DNA from: Eledone cirrhosa
Taxonomy: Eukaryota
Length of the DNA stretch: 64,000 nt
Reading direction: 5' to 3'
NCBI GenBank assembly: GCA_964016885.1
Contig: OZ024740.1
Span: 390,972,001 to 391,036,000, forward strand
Shown here: positions 50,435 to 64,000 of the stretch, piece after piece
How the letters are laid out: the number at the start of each line of letters is the position of its first letter
Numbering within the stretch: the stretch's first letter is position 1
Position numbers and translations under genes: made by a program
Notes under the pieces: generated by a model
Database searches by the model: none
What the model was told of the DNA's origin: nothing
The model's input: the letters and a program-made list of their open reading frames with translations, nothing else

Positions 50435-52744
50435 TGAGAGATAAACCTAGACATGTAAACATGGAAACACAGAGAGAGAGGTTTCTGCAGCCTGCATAAC
50501 AAATTCCACTCAAAGCAATAGTCAACCTTAGGCTATAGTAGAAGACATCCCCCAAAGGTGTCGTATGGCAAGACTTGAACCCAGAGCTATATGGGTGTTG
50601 TACAGAACTACGTGGATGCAATGTGAGGGTTCACAATTTTACAAACTATTTCAGAAAATTTCCATTTCATAAATAAAAAAAATATTAAATTATTTTATTT
50701 TATCTTTATGTTTTCATTTTTGTTTTCTAATTAATATGAACTGTTTTGGCTATAAAAGGTTACTGAATAAATATCATGAAATGGATTTGTGGAGCTAAAA
50801 TTAGTTCAAGAACTTTATATAAACAGTAACAATGATAAACAACAAAGGTGCAGAAAGAAAGAAGGAAAGAAAGAATGTAAAGACAATGAAAGAAAAACAG
50901 AATTAAAGAGCGAATGAATGAAAAGAGAAAGGAAAAGAGAAAGAATAAAAAAGAAAGTAAGAAAGAAGGGGAAGAGAGAAATAGCTTTCCTGTTTGGCAG
51001 TGTTGGTTGGTGTATAATTAGATGACAGTGTCAGCAATAAACAACAAAATTAATCTATCTATCAGTCTACAATCACAATGGAAATAATTTTAATACTGTG
51101 AAAACTATTAGAGAAAATAAGAAGCCAAATTAATGTCAATTGCAGATAAATGTTGTTCAAAATAAATCACAATCTGATAAATTACTAAAAAAATCTTATA
51201 AATTACTAAAAAAAATCTTATAAATTATTGATAAAACATTATTTTGTTTAATAGAGCCAGCATTAACAGTTCCGTGACCATATTTCTAATAAAAGATACT
51301 GCCTGCAATTTTCAAATCATTTTGAAAATAATTAAAGATTTAGAAGGAACTAGTAAGAAACCCAACTTTTTCATTACCTCAATGTTCTGTACTGCATGAA
51401 ACCACATTAGCAAGACATTTTTGAGAATTAAAAACTATCACTATCACTGCTTCACATAAAAAAATTAAAGTCTTTAATAATGCACATTTTCATAACAATC
51501 TGTCCATCAGGAGATATACTATAAACATTTGAATTAACAAACCTGTTTTTAGATTTTGTTGCTAAATCATTACAGGAATTTATGAGTTATGTTGGTGTTT
51601 AGGGTGATGGATTGAGAGGGTCATTAAAGTATGGGGAAAATGGTTTGAGGTATTTGTTGTGGCTTTTTATGTTGAGTTAAAATTCCACCAAAGTTAATTT
51701 TGTATTTCATACTGCCAGGTTCAATAAAATAAAGTATCAGTCAAGTAGTGGGGTTGATAAAACTGACTTCTTTATCCACCCTAAACTTCTAGGATTGTTC
51801 CTAAATTTGAAAAAATTAATAGTTGGTGTTTGGAACTTAACAAAATGCTCCTATATAATTTTATGATGAAAGATTTTTAGATAAACATTAACAAATGGCC
51901 TTGTATAAGAGGAGTGATTTCAGGTGGTTGGGTAACAAGAATTAATAGAGTTCTAATGGGTTGACAATGAAACAAATCATACTGCTTAACCCTAGATATC
52001 AATCTGTCTAGGACCAACTGTTTCTTAACAATCCTGATTCTGCCCGTTTCTATAATACTATGCTATTTCTTTTAATGTATTGTTGTCTATGGTTTGGCTG
52101 ATTTGTTAGAACATTGGACAAATAATTAGCAATTTTTGTTCCTGTACTTAATGTTCTGAGTTCCTGCATAGGTCAAAAAATAAAGTACCAATCAAATACT
52201 TGGGTGGATATAATCGGCTTTCTCTTCCCCACAAATTGCTGGCCTTGTGCCTAGATTAGAAATCATTTTATATAAGAACTGTTTTGTTAAGTTATGTTAG
52301 TTATACCATCTTAACCATCAAAATCTCAATCTCAAAGATGTATTTCACTAAATATTTTTATCTCCTCATACACCACCATAGTATTTTGTGGTTTAATGAG
52401 TATTTTAGCTCACTTAATACTAACATGTACTTGTGTATATGACCACACTTTTTTGCCCTTAATTCTAGTTCAAAATTTCTTGTATTATCCATGAGGAAAT
52501 ACAATAGAAATCCATAAGCAGTGTATTTCACAAGAAATATGATGGAAGGTTTTAAATTAAACGTAATTTTTTAACTCTTTTACCATAATTTTATACATTT
52601 TGTTCCAAACAACTTTAATAATTTGCTGAAATGCAGTGTATTTTTAATTTTACTTGGCAGGGCGGAAAGAAGGAGCAGAGCCAATAACCTTCACAGGCCC
52701 TCCAAGACCAGAGAGATTGATGCTATTGATGGTCTACTCCTTTA

Positions 52745-53030
52745 AAACTAACATGAGTAGGGAGTTCCAAAGGGTGAATGTTCTGGAGAAGAAAGATTAG
52801 GTGTAGTAGTTAGTGTTGAGGTTGTGGGTGGTTAGATACAACATGGATGATGAGGCACATGATTGGGAGTGTCTAAATAGCAGTGGCATTAACAAGCCCC
52901 ACAGAACAGAGACAATTGTAGTAGTGGTAAACAAGGCAGAGGGAGGAGATAGCACATTTGTAGACCAAGGGTTGAACAGTGTCATTGTAAATATGATTAC
53001 GAAAGAGTTAAACATCAAGGACAAACAAAT
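52745..53030 (-). mobile_element. Decayed CR1/Jockey-group LINE C-terminal fragment
   Basis: DTVQPLVYKCAISSLCLVYHYYNCLCS..SFFSRTFTLWNSL pattern on the minus strand. Confidence 0.5.
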
Positions 53031-54636
53031 TGAGACAGCTGTTCTTCAGTTTAGTTAGAAGTTACAACCCTTTAATGAAATAGATATTAACAATATATTA
53101 CTATTTATAGATAATTGAATGTTACAAATGTTAATGATATTTTCAGACAAGACTACACACATAAATACAGATGCTAATCTTAAATACAATAACAGAGTCC
53201 AAAATACTTCCAAAAACAAGAGAGGATAATCACAGCTGCAGGGTGTTTAGCTATTGTTACTATATTTCTAATGAAAGACATAGTCAATGTATTTTAATTT
53301 ATTTTGAGAAGAGTAAAGAGTTGGAAGAGATTTAGTAATATAACTTAATTTTTTCATTATTAAGCTGGTATTTGAAGCATCATAATTATCATTTAATGTC
53401 AACTTTCTCTATTAGCAGGGATTGGATGAGTGGTCAGCAGACAGGGTTGGTATTCAAAGCAAAGGTACTGACCCTACAGTGGAGCAGGAGCCTGTATATC
53501 ACATTTCTACACCCTATCAAGTGTCTAGACAGGTCAGCAGTACCCAACTTGCTTACATACATATGATTTTGTGCACTGGAGAGGTTGTCATTCATAAACA
53601 TGGCTGAGGAGGAGTCCTAACGATTTATTTGGCAGGTTTTCTACTGCTGGATGCCTTTCTTATCACCAACCATTTACAGGCCATAACTTTAAAGATATGT
53701 TCTTACATAAAATTATGGGAGGAGGTTTTAATTTAAATAAACATACTTTAAGAATAGAAGTCATGTATCAAAAAACCAGAAGCATTTTCAAACAGGTTTG
53801 TATCAAAATGGTCTCTTATAAGGCAGCCCATGTGTTTCAATTTATTTTGAAAATACTGAAGAATTTGGAGGAATTTAGTCGCATAGCTTAACTTTATTTT
53901 ATTAAGCTGCTGCTTTGAAGCTAATAAAATGTTCTTACATAAAAGTATGATGGATGGTTTTAATTTAAGAATTATAAATAAGAACACTTTAAAATGAGAA
54001 ATCTTGTATAACACAAAGTGTGGTTTCAGGTAGGTTGGTACCAAAAATGATTAACCATAAATTTGCTGAATCAGGGAAAATAACAATAAAAAGTTTGTTG
54101 TTGATGTTGATGAATTGATTATTGTAAAATCAACAGTCATTATCCTCTTTTCTATGATTTGACATCTTATAAAGATTAAAAAAAGACATATAGATATAAA
54201 CTTCAACAACACACAGAAGCTCCACCATCATCATCATCATTATTATTTAACATCCACTTGCTCTGCTAACAAAAGTTAGACAGTTCTTCAAAGACAGTGT
54301 CAGTAGTGAAACAGGTCTACTGACTTCCCAGATGACTGAGGATCTACATCTTGCTTACATATGGTTCCACGTTTTGCCAAGTGCATTATATTATGGCACC
54401 AGAACTAGAGAGGTTGTCATATCACTAACACAACTAAAGAGTCCACCCTTTATTTGCCAAGCTTTCTATAGCTGGATGCTCTTCCTATCACTAATCCCTT
54501 TACAGTATGTACTTACTGAGTGTGTTTATCATGTAGATCACCAATACTATGGAGATTTTCATTTCCTTGATGAAACTGTAGGGCCCTCCCAATCCTTTGT
54601 TTGGCAAGCTTTCTATGATGGGATGAAAATTCAACA

Positions 54637-55620
54637 AATAATAATAATGATGATTTCTTTATTCCCCACAAAGGATTTACATTAAGAAAACATTAGGAGG
54701 GCACAGGAAAAAAAAAAAAAGGATGTGTGTGTGGGAGGGGGGGTGCAGGTAAACAGGTTTAACAATAGTAAAAATAAAGGTAACAATAACAAATTTTAAC
54801 AATGGGATTCCTCAATAGGTAGGAGACATTCCAGGACTGCTCATAGAAGAAAACCCATAAAACCACAGGCTCTCTGATCTCTAGGGCAAGTGCCCTGTCC
54901 CAGTTGTCCTCCTCCAATCTAAAGGCACACACTCAAGCCACGCTTGCCACTCTCACCCATCTTACAACAAACTGCTTGGAAGGCAGCATTTCCCTCTCTA
55001 CCTTAATGTTTCTTTTCAAGTGAAGCCTGAAAAAGTTACTCAGGGCTTCACCGAAGAGGAAAGTGCTTGTCTTCAAACGTGTCCACCATACAACCCCATT
55101 TGCCATGGCCACCAAACAGATAAAAACTGCCTGCCCTTCCTGTTTAAAGGAAGGCAACAGAGCGATCTTCACAATGGACTCAGCTGATAGCCGGATTTGT
55201 CATACACGCGACAGCAGATGATTAACATAAAACTACAAGTCACCAATGTTCGGACACTGGAATAGTGCATGCAAGACGGTTTCATCACCCTGTGCGCATC
55301 ACAGACAGGACCGGCTAACAGCACTTCCCTGCCTGTAGAGTTTATCTCGAACTGGCAAAGCTCCCCAGTAGCACTGCCAGGCCAGGAATTTCTGGAAATT
55401 ATTCATGGGCCCTGAACCAGAAGTCCTCCCGAAAAGAGCGGCTAGTTGATTTTCCTCAATGCCCAGAGTTTCCCCAAGAATGTTGTCGCTTTTATTTGCC
55501 ACTAAACCCTATATAGAATGCTAAAGTGGAGTTTCCACTAATCAAACTGCCCCATTGGTAGAGGGCTGCGAGTGCTTGAAAACATTCCAGTTTGCAAGCA
55601 CTCTCTCTCAGTATCTGTTT
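54637..55620 (-). mobile_element. 3' fragment of a sister Tx1/L1 family with an (ATC/ATT)n tail
   Basis: NILGETLGIEENQL..GPMNNFQKFLAWQCYWGALPVRDKLYR and WWTRLK, homologous to 32200-32800; aataaagaaatcatcattattattatt end. Confidence 0.85.
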
Positions 55621-56587
55621 GAACAAGGATTGCTGCTCCATCAAGGGAAACATGCTGTGTAGTGTGTGATGTTTGTATATTTTGTTGTATTTGCTGTTGG
55701 TGGTGTGTTGTCGTGTTGGTGGTGGTGGTTTTTTTTGGAAAATTAACACTGCCGCAACCCCATAGAGGGTAGTCATATGAACAAGACTGCCCAACCTGTG
55801 ACAAGCAGGTTAGTTCCTCCAAACTTCTGTCAAGTTTAAAATGCAAACAAAGGGTTAGAGTTAGTTGAAAATAAATAAAACAATTGAAAATTTACTGGAG
55901 TTGATACGAAGCCTGGCTTTCACTTGAGAAATCAATAATAATAATGGTTTCTGATGTAGGCACCAGGCCTCAATGTGAGGGGGGTTTGATTAAATCGCTG
56001 CTGCCACCCCTTCCTCCGTGCATTGCTGGAGCTTTATTTCATCAACTCTGTAAGGATGAAACGCAAAGCTAACCACGGTGGGATTTGAACTCAGAACGTA
56101 AAGAGTCAAAACAAGTACTGCAATAGCATTTTATCCAACACTACAAATTCAACAAATAATAATAATAATAGTTGTTTCTACGTTAGGCACAAGGCCAGCA
56201 ATTACCCAGTGCATTACTGGTACTTTATTTTATCGACCCCGTAAGGATGAAAGGCAAAGTTAACCTTGGCGGGTTTGAACTCAGAATGGCAAAGCATGGC
56301 GTCCGACTCTATACGTCAAAGCATGGCGTCCGACCCTCTACCAATACTGCCAATCCAATAGTTACTATTAGTAGCACTAGTGTATAGTACTAGAGCAACA
56401 TTCCAGCATAATTAAATGTAATAATACTGAGAAAGTACATTGTACATAAATAAAAGATAAACAGTCAGATATTATTCTCATGAACGTCAGTTGTCATTCA
56501 AACACTGAAGTACAAATGTTATGTTCCAGACAGTTGGAAAATCCCACATCTCATTATATGTTTTCTCTTGTTTGGCAAACAATACAA

Positions 56588-56890
56588 TATCATCATCCCT
56601 TTTGCATCTGTGTTTCCATGCTGGTATGGGTTGGGTGGATCTTTTCCTAGTCTTCCTCTATTTGTAGCATTCCTTTGCTCTGTTGGATGTGTGGTTCAAC
56701 ATTTTGAGATATGCTCACACCAGTTCTGTCCAGGTCTTCCTCTGCTGCAACTTCCTTCCACTGGGAACTCCTGGCACTTCTTCACCTAACAATCACCATC
56801 CATACACATCACATACCCAAACCAATGCAGTCTTCTTTCTCACTATATTTGATTCCTCTTAAACCCAATTTTTCTCTCAGGTCACCTATG
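56588..56890 (-). mobile_element. RTE C-terminal/tail fragment
   Basis: RRLHWFGYVMCMDGD..GRPG; tail ccataccagcatgg..gatgat. Confidence 0.6.
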
Positions 56891-57719
56891 CTTCAACTTA
56901 TAGTTATTAAAAACATTGCTTGTTTAAACCTTTTCTGCTCATATTTCTAACAACAATATATTCTGCTTTTGTGTTTTAATTATCAAAATAATTAAGTGTT
57001 ATCACAGCTTGTAGTGAAATAACTGTAAAGGTACACAACTTAATAGTTAGGATAATGGGTTCACAATTGTAAGGTTGTCAGTTCTATTTGCAGACCAAGA
57101 CAACACACTGTGTCCTTGAGCATGACACACTGCTCCAATTCACTCAGCTAAACCGAGTCCATTACAGAGTTAACCTCGAGGTTAACTGTTTTATTTATTT
57201 ATTTATTTTTAATCTTTCTTTCTCTAAGGTTTAAGATATATTCTCTTTGAAATCAAAATTCTTTCATGAACCCCTGAAATACTGCTGTGGACCCTGGTTA
57301 GGAACTACTGGTTTTGAATTTATTGTAGAAGCAGTATAAATCATAGCCAAGATAAGATTATTATTGGCAATAGTTTTAATAACAAGCTGCACCATACTAG
57401 AACATATAACACTCTACAACACAATGTACAGCTGAATATATGAATCATACGACTAGCAGATACAACTTGACTGTGTGCAGAAATGTAATTAGTCAAACTA
57501 GGAAGCTAGTAGTAATCCATCTAGCTAGTGTAACTATACAGGGTAGAAAACAATAAAATAAGTAGCAGTGACCGTGCTGAGTGAAAATAGTAATATCATT
57601 TCTACTAACAATATTACTGTATATTAAGTAGATTGTTGTTTCTTAATTGTCCACTACCAACAGAATAGTTCAGTGAACATAAATCACAGACATAAGTACT
57701 TAGAGAAATATGTGCTCTT

Positions 57720-57895
57720 AATGATGAGATGACCCAGGTCTGCTGAATCACCAAATGACCCAGGGCTATGAAATAGGCCTGATGAATAATGAGATGACCC
57801 AGGGCTATGAAATATGTCTGCTGAATCATGAGATGAATCAGGGCTATACAATAGGTCTGCTGAATCATGAGATGAACCAGGGCTATGAAACAGAT
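57720..57895. repeat. ~39 bp minisatellite (tgctgaatcatgagatgacccagggctatgaaataggtc)
   Basis: About 4-5 copies. Confidence 0.85.
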
Positions 57896-60330
57896 ATGGG
57901 AAAATGTCAAATTTACAGCTTGCACCTATCTAAGTTTCACAGTTTTCTACAAGGTTGTATCTCATAGGAGATTCCCAGGCTGTTTTAATGATAGGGGTTT
58001 CAGTCTCATCATGAAAAGCATCATGAAAAGCAACGTGAAATGAAGTGTCTTGCATTGGGTACACAATGTGCTGTCCAGTACAAGAATTGAACCCTCAACC
58101 TCATGAGTCCAACACACTAACTACTAGGCCAAAGACCTTCAACCCAGAATTTTTTTTTTTTAATATTCAAATACTTTTCCGCCATTATTGAAAGTGTTTA
58201 AACTAAATTCAGAATATTCAATAAAATATTTGCAAGCCAACTGAACACCTTCATGGGGCTGGATATAGGGTAGTCAGCTGTGCAATATCTGGTCTAGATC
58301 AATGGTTTTCACTTAAGGTTTGCTAATCACTGGCATTCTGCAAGAGAGAGAGAGCTACTATAGCACTAGATTGTAATAGAGTAAAATTTACTTAACCCTT
58401 TTCATATCAACCCATATGAAACCACCCTTGGTCCTATGATACAAGACTATATTTTAACTAAAAATATTCTATCATAATTTTATGTCAGAACCTTTGTTAT
58501 GTTCCGAACACCAGATAAATAATGTCATATCATTAAATCACTTCAAATTCTTTATTTTCACACAGACACCTACACCGAGAAGACAATATTAGACAATGTT
58601 TAAATACTAGCACATGTAGTCTTTTCTCTCTTTATTACCAGTTCATATTCTAAAGTTATAACTTTCCCCGTTTCATTTATAGATTTGCTGGTGTACACAG
58701 CCATGTACATTTTCTTGGCAAAAATTACTTTTAAAAAATAAAACACTAAATAGTATATGTTGCTGTTGTTGCTGCGGCAGTTGTTTGTTATATTTCCTCA
58801 ACTCAGTCTTCAAGACTTGTTATTGCCCATAGAAAATCTGCTATATTGAGACCTGGAGAGGATTGAGACCTGGAGAGGATTGAGCTCTGCCATGTTTTAA
58901 AATGCCCTAGAAAAGCTGTGTCAATACAGCACTCCTATGACTCCCTTAGAAGTGATGGGACTATGCATGCAAACATTTTAAAATAAACAGTTTTTGTATT
59001 CTAGAACCAGGTTTAGTATGAAAAAAGGGTTAATCTTTTTGATACCAATCTGGCCCAAACCACCTCTGGTTTCATGAAAGAAACCTAGCAATTTAAAAGG
59101 TTGCTATTTAAATTTAAAAATTTCATCATGAGTTTATATAAGGATCTTTTGTTAAGTTACAAATAATAATGGAATAATAATATCAATAAATCTATCAAAA
59201 TTCTTCATTAATTAACTAAAATAATGTGTATTTCTTTAGAAATGGGGTCACATGAAAAGGTTAAGGCATAAAGCCCCCACACAAAAAGGTGAAGGCATAA
59301 TAAGGCCTCTGGACAAGATACATAACCTGTTAAACTCAGTTTGTTCTATTGATATAATGAAGCTTGTCTTACTTCTCAGTTGAGTAATTTAGTTACAGGA
59401 GAAACCATCCAGCTAAGATAACAACATTCAAACATGAAGAAATGGAAGAAAACAACAACACAGAAAACACCTGCAAGGCATCAAACATAATATAGAGCTG
59501 CAAGTTTAGTTGTTTACTCTCAGCAATATATATGTAGTGAGATAGATGGGGGTAACGGGGATGGCGGAGGTAGGGGTAGAAAGATAGACAGAGGATTAAG
59601 GGAGTAGAGATGGCAAGGAGGAAATGAATGACAGAGAGAGTGGAAGAGGGAGAGAACAGATATAGAAGAGGGGGAGAGAAGGTAAGAAGATAATAAAAGT
59701 ATCTAGTTACTATGACAATATGTAAATGTCTAAATTTGAATATAATCACACTTGTTTCAGTGTGAATAATATAATTAACCATATTTCTAATGAATGACAT
59801 TGCCTATTATTTTCAAATCATTTTTGAAAATAGTCAAGAAATTGAAATGGTTTAGAGTTAATAAACTTTCCCATTATTAAGTTGGTGTTTGGAGCATAAT
59901 TTTAAGTTTCTTACATAAAATTACGCTGGAAAATGTTATGAGATAAATATAAACACTTTAAGACAGCAAAGTTCCTGAGTTAGATTTTGAAATTATTCTG
60001 TCTTTAGAGCCAACTGTATTGTAGATTAACCACCAGAAATCCTATGACAACTAAAGAGCTATACTCTTGTAGTTAGAGTGTTAGACCTAAGATGATATGG
60101 CCAAGGGTTCGATTCCTGCTCCGAGATGAGCATTGTGTCGTTGAGTAAAGAAGTTTCATTTTATGTTGCTTTTTCATGAGTACTGGTACTAGCCGGTGAG
60201 GTTAACCCCTGCAACAGGACTGGCATCCAAGACAGGGGGAGAGTTTTCATGAAAGAACTGTTAGCCCCTATATTTAATTCTTAACATCTTGTACTGATTT
60301 AGTAAAAAATATCCAAAAATGAATTTGAAA

Positions 60331-60427
60331 AAAGTTCTACACAGCATGAAACCACAATAGCATGACACCTTAAAAGGTATAAAGCTAAGGTCTCATGCTA
60401 TTGTGGTTTCATGCTGTGTAGAACTTT
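60331..60427. repeat. 97-nt near-perfect inverted repeat (hairpin)
   Basis: 35-bp perfect arms, then one mismatch and 6 more bp; 13-nt loop. Confidence 0.9.
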
Positions 60428-60787
60428 AGAGAAACTTCTTATGAGATGTAACCTGCTAGGAGGCCAGCAAAGTCTGCATAGGTGAGGTGTAACATGACAT
60501 GATAAGGGGCTCTAGCACCTAGGAAGCCAGCAAAGTCGCCATAGGTGTGAGCTGTAATAACAAACAACTAAAGAGGAAGTGTTCTAAATACAAACTAATG
60601 TCAAGTCTATCAAAAGAATGTACTTAACACATATAAACATATGGTTTATCTGTCAAGGTCACAGATTAAAACAATAATAGGCTGTTACTATCTATCTGTA
60701 TGGCAATACTTAATACCGTTTCAGAGAAATGATGAAAGTTGACAGATTTAGTCAGCTTCCTATGAGGTTGCAATTCAGTGGTGGAGT

Positions 60788-62744
<1,957 letters not shown>

Positions 62745-62746
62745 TT

Positions 62747-62876
62747 GATAGTAGACGTCTTACACATTGGCTCTTCGATTTGGAATCTTTACCTGGATTA
62801 TTTGTGAGTGTATTATTTAAATTGTTTTCTATTATTGACTCTAGGCGTAGGGTAAATATATTTTCACCCCTTTTGG
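62747..62876 (+). mobile_element. Tx1-family 5' UTR fragment
   Basis: Colinear with 27592-27740 apart from a ~19 nt deletion. Confidence 0.85.
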
Positions 62877-62902
62877 ACTGGGAATCGAACTCACAACCTC
62901 AT

Positions 62903-63138
62903 TGTTGTATGGACTGTTAAATTCGTTTTATTTAATTTACACGTGCTCACACATTTGCATATGAATCACGTGACCTGGGCAGTCAGTCAGCGTTGGTATT
63001 AAAAACTCGGTCACAGACTGCTCACTTACTTTGTTATTCTGCTACTGTGAGGAGGGGCGTTTTTGGTTGTTTCGTACAATACACAAATTATTTGATATAA
63101 CTCGTGTTTTCTCTGCGAGTACCGAGAGGAATACAACA
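62903..63138 (+). mobile_element. 236-bp LTR-like sequence (solo LTR)
   Basis: TGTTGTAT...ATACAACA termini; TATA-like tattaaaa and CACGTG boxes inside; no matching TSD. Confidence 0.6.
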
Positions 63139-63238
63139 AATTGTTTTTCTATTATTGAGTAACCCCCAGTCTGGGACTGTAGACGTAGAGTAAATATATT
63201 TTCACCCCTTCTGGGGGTGAAAAAATATTTAATTCAAA

Positions 63239-64000
63239 ATGTTCATCGATATCGTTGAAAACAAGGAAACCATATTGGAAGCTAACGCCACGCCTACCAA
63301 AAAAAGCAAGAAAGAGGGAACAACAATTCAAACCGTTGAACAGCCCCTCCTCTCGAATGAAAAAGAAAATATTAATTCGAGTGAAAACCGAAATTTTGAA
63401 GAAAAAAATAAGAAAATAAACACCACAAAAGATGAAACCAACAACATTGCAACAACAAGCAACAAAGACAAAGTTTCTTTTGCCCAAACGGTCAGGAAAG
63501 CTATCAAGTACAAGCCCATAGACATCACAAACGCTACGCAGAACTTGCTAAATGCCAGAAAATACATATCTTTTGGGGAGGATGGTTCTTTTACGATCAA
63601 CTCCCCAGAAGAAGTTCGTCAACAGGTATATAGGAATACCATAACCTTCAGGACGATATCCAACACAACAAGAAAGCCAGCTCAATTGACAGAAAGTCAA
63701 ATTGAGCTGGTTCTGAGAGACATAAAAGAAAACATACTCTTTATTGAAAGAGGAAAGCTGTATGCCAGCATTATGGTCCGAATGAAGGATGAAATGCTGG
63801 CTCAAAAATGCTCGGTGGCACCTATAGTGTCACCACAATACACCTTCTTCCCCACGTATAAAGGAAGAACTCAGAGACTAAGAATGTGGAGCTCAACGCC
63901 AGAAGTAAACATCTGGTCCGTCCTGACAGGATTTACGGACCTAGAAAAGGACATCCTTATATCAGCAGGGGAGTCCACCAGTGGACTGTTCGGGAGGAAA
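63239..64000 (+). CDS. Tx1-family ORF1, open to the window end (254 codons, no stop)
   Basis: MFIDIVENKETILEANATPTKK..DIKENILFIERGKLYASIMVRMKDE..STSGLFGRK; paralog of 27763; missing from the ORF track because no stop is reached. Confidence 0.85.
   Translation, partial: MFIDIVENKETILEANATPTKKSKKEGTTIQTVEQPLLSNEKENINSSENRNFEEKNKKINTTKDETNNIATTSNKDKVSFAQTVRKAIKYKPIDITNATQNLLNARKYISFGEDGSFTINSPEEVRQQVYRNTITFRTISNTTRKPAQLTESQIELVLRDIKENILFIERGKLYASIMVRMKDEMLAQKCSVAPIVSPQYTFFPTYKGRTQRLRMWSSTPEVNIWSVLTGFTDLEKDILISAGESTSGLFGRK

Noticed and set aside
60070-60130. tRNA-like A/B-box sequences (also at other SINE heads)
   Set aside because: No complete cloverleaf; they run into SINE body sequence, so they are SINE heads rather than tRNA genes.

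Overview
AT-rich animal genomic DNA. The SINE, MITE and RTE repertoire looks like a coleoid cephalopod (octopus-type); this is an inference from repeat motifs. The only host coding sequence I can find is a single 150-nt, phase 0/0 exon of CCDC6 on the minus strand (13682-13831, equivalent to vertebrate exon 2), so the rest of the window is probably CCDC6 intron. That intron is packed with mobile elements. Retroelements: a near-complete Tx1/L1-clade LINE sitting between TC/TG microsatellites, plus the 5' part of a second copy behind an equally long (~1.95 kb) array; RTE LINEs carrying a PHD-like finger inside the RT and a hairpin-rich 3' UTR; CRE-type endonuclease fragments; a short LTR; and tRNA-derived SINEs. 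DNA elements: mariner and Chapaev3-like remnants, a non-autonomous Helitron, and many TTAA (piggyBac-like) MITEs. Best leads: (i) the apparently microsatellite-targeting Tx1-type LINE; (ii) three Penelope-type hammerhead ribozyme motifs at 18.5-19.4 kb, two of them forming an inverted pair; (iii) several long near-perfect hairpins in the pre-mRNA. All family assignments are from motif recognition only; no database searches were run.
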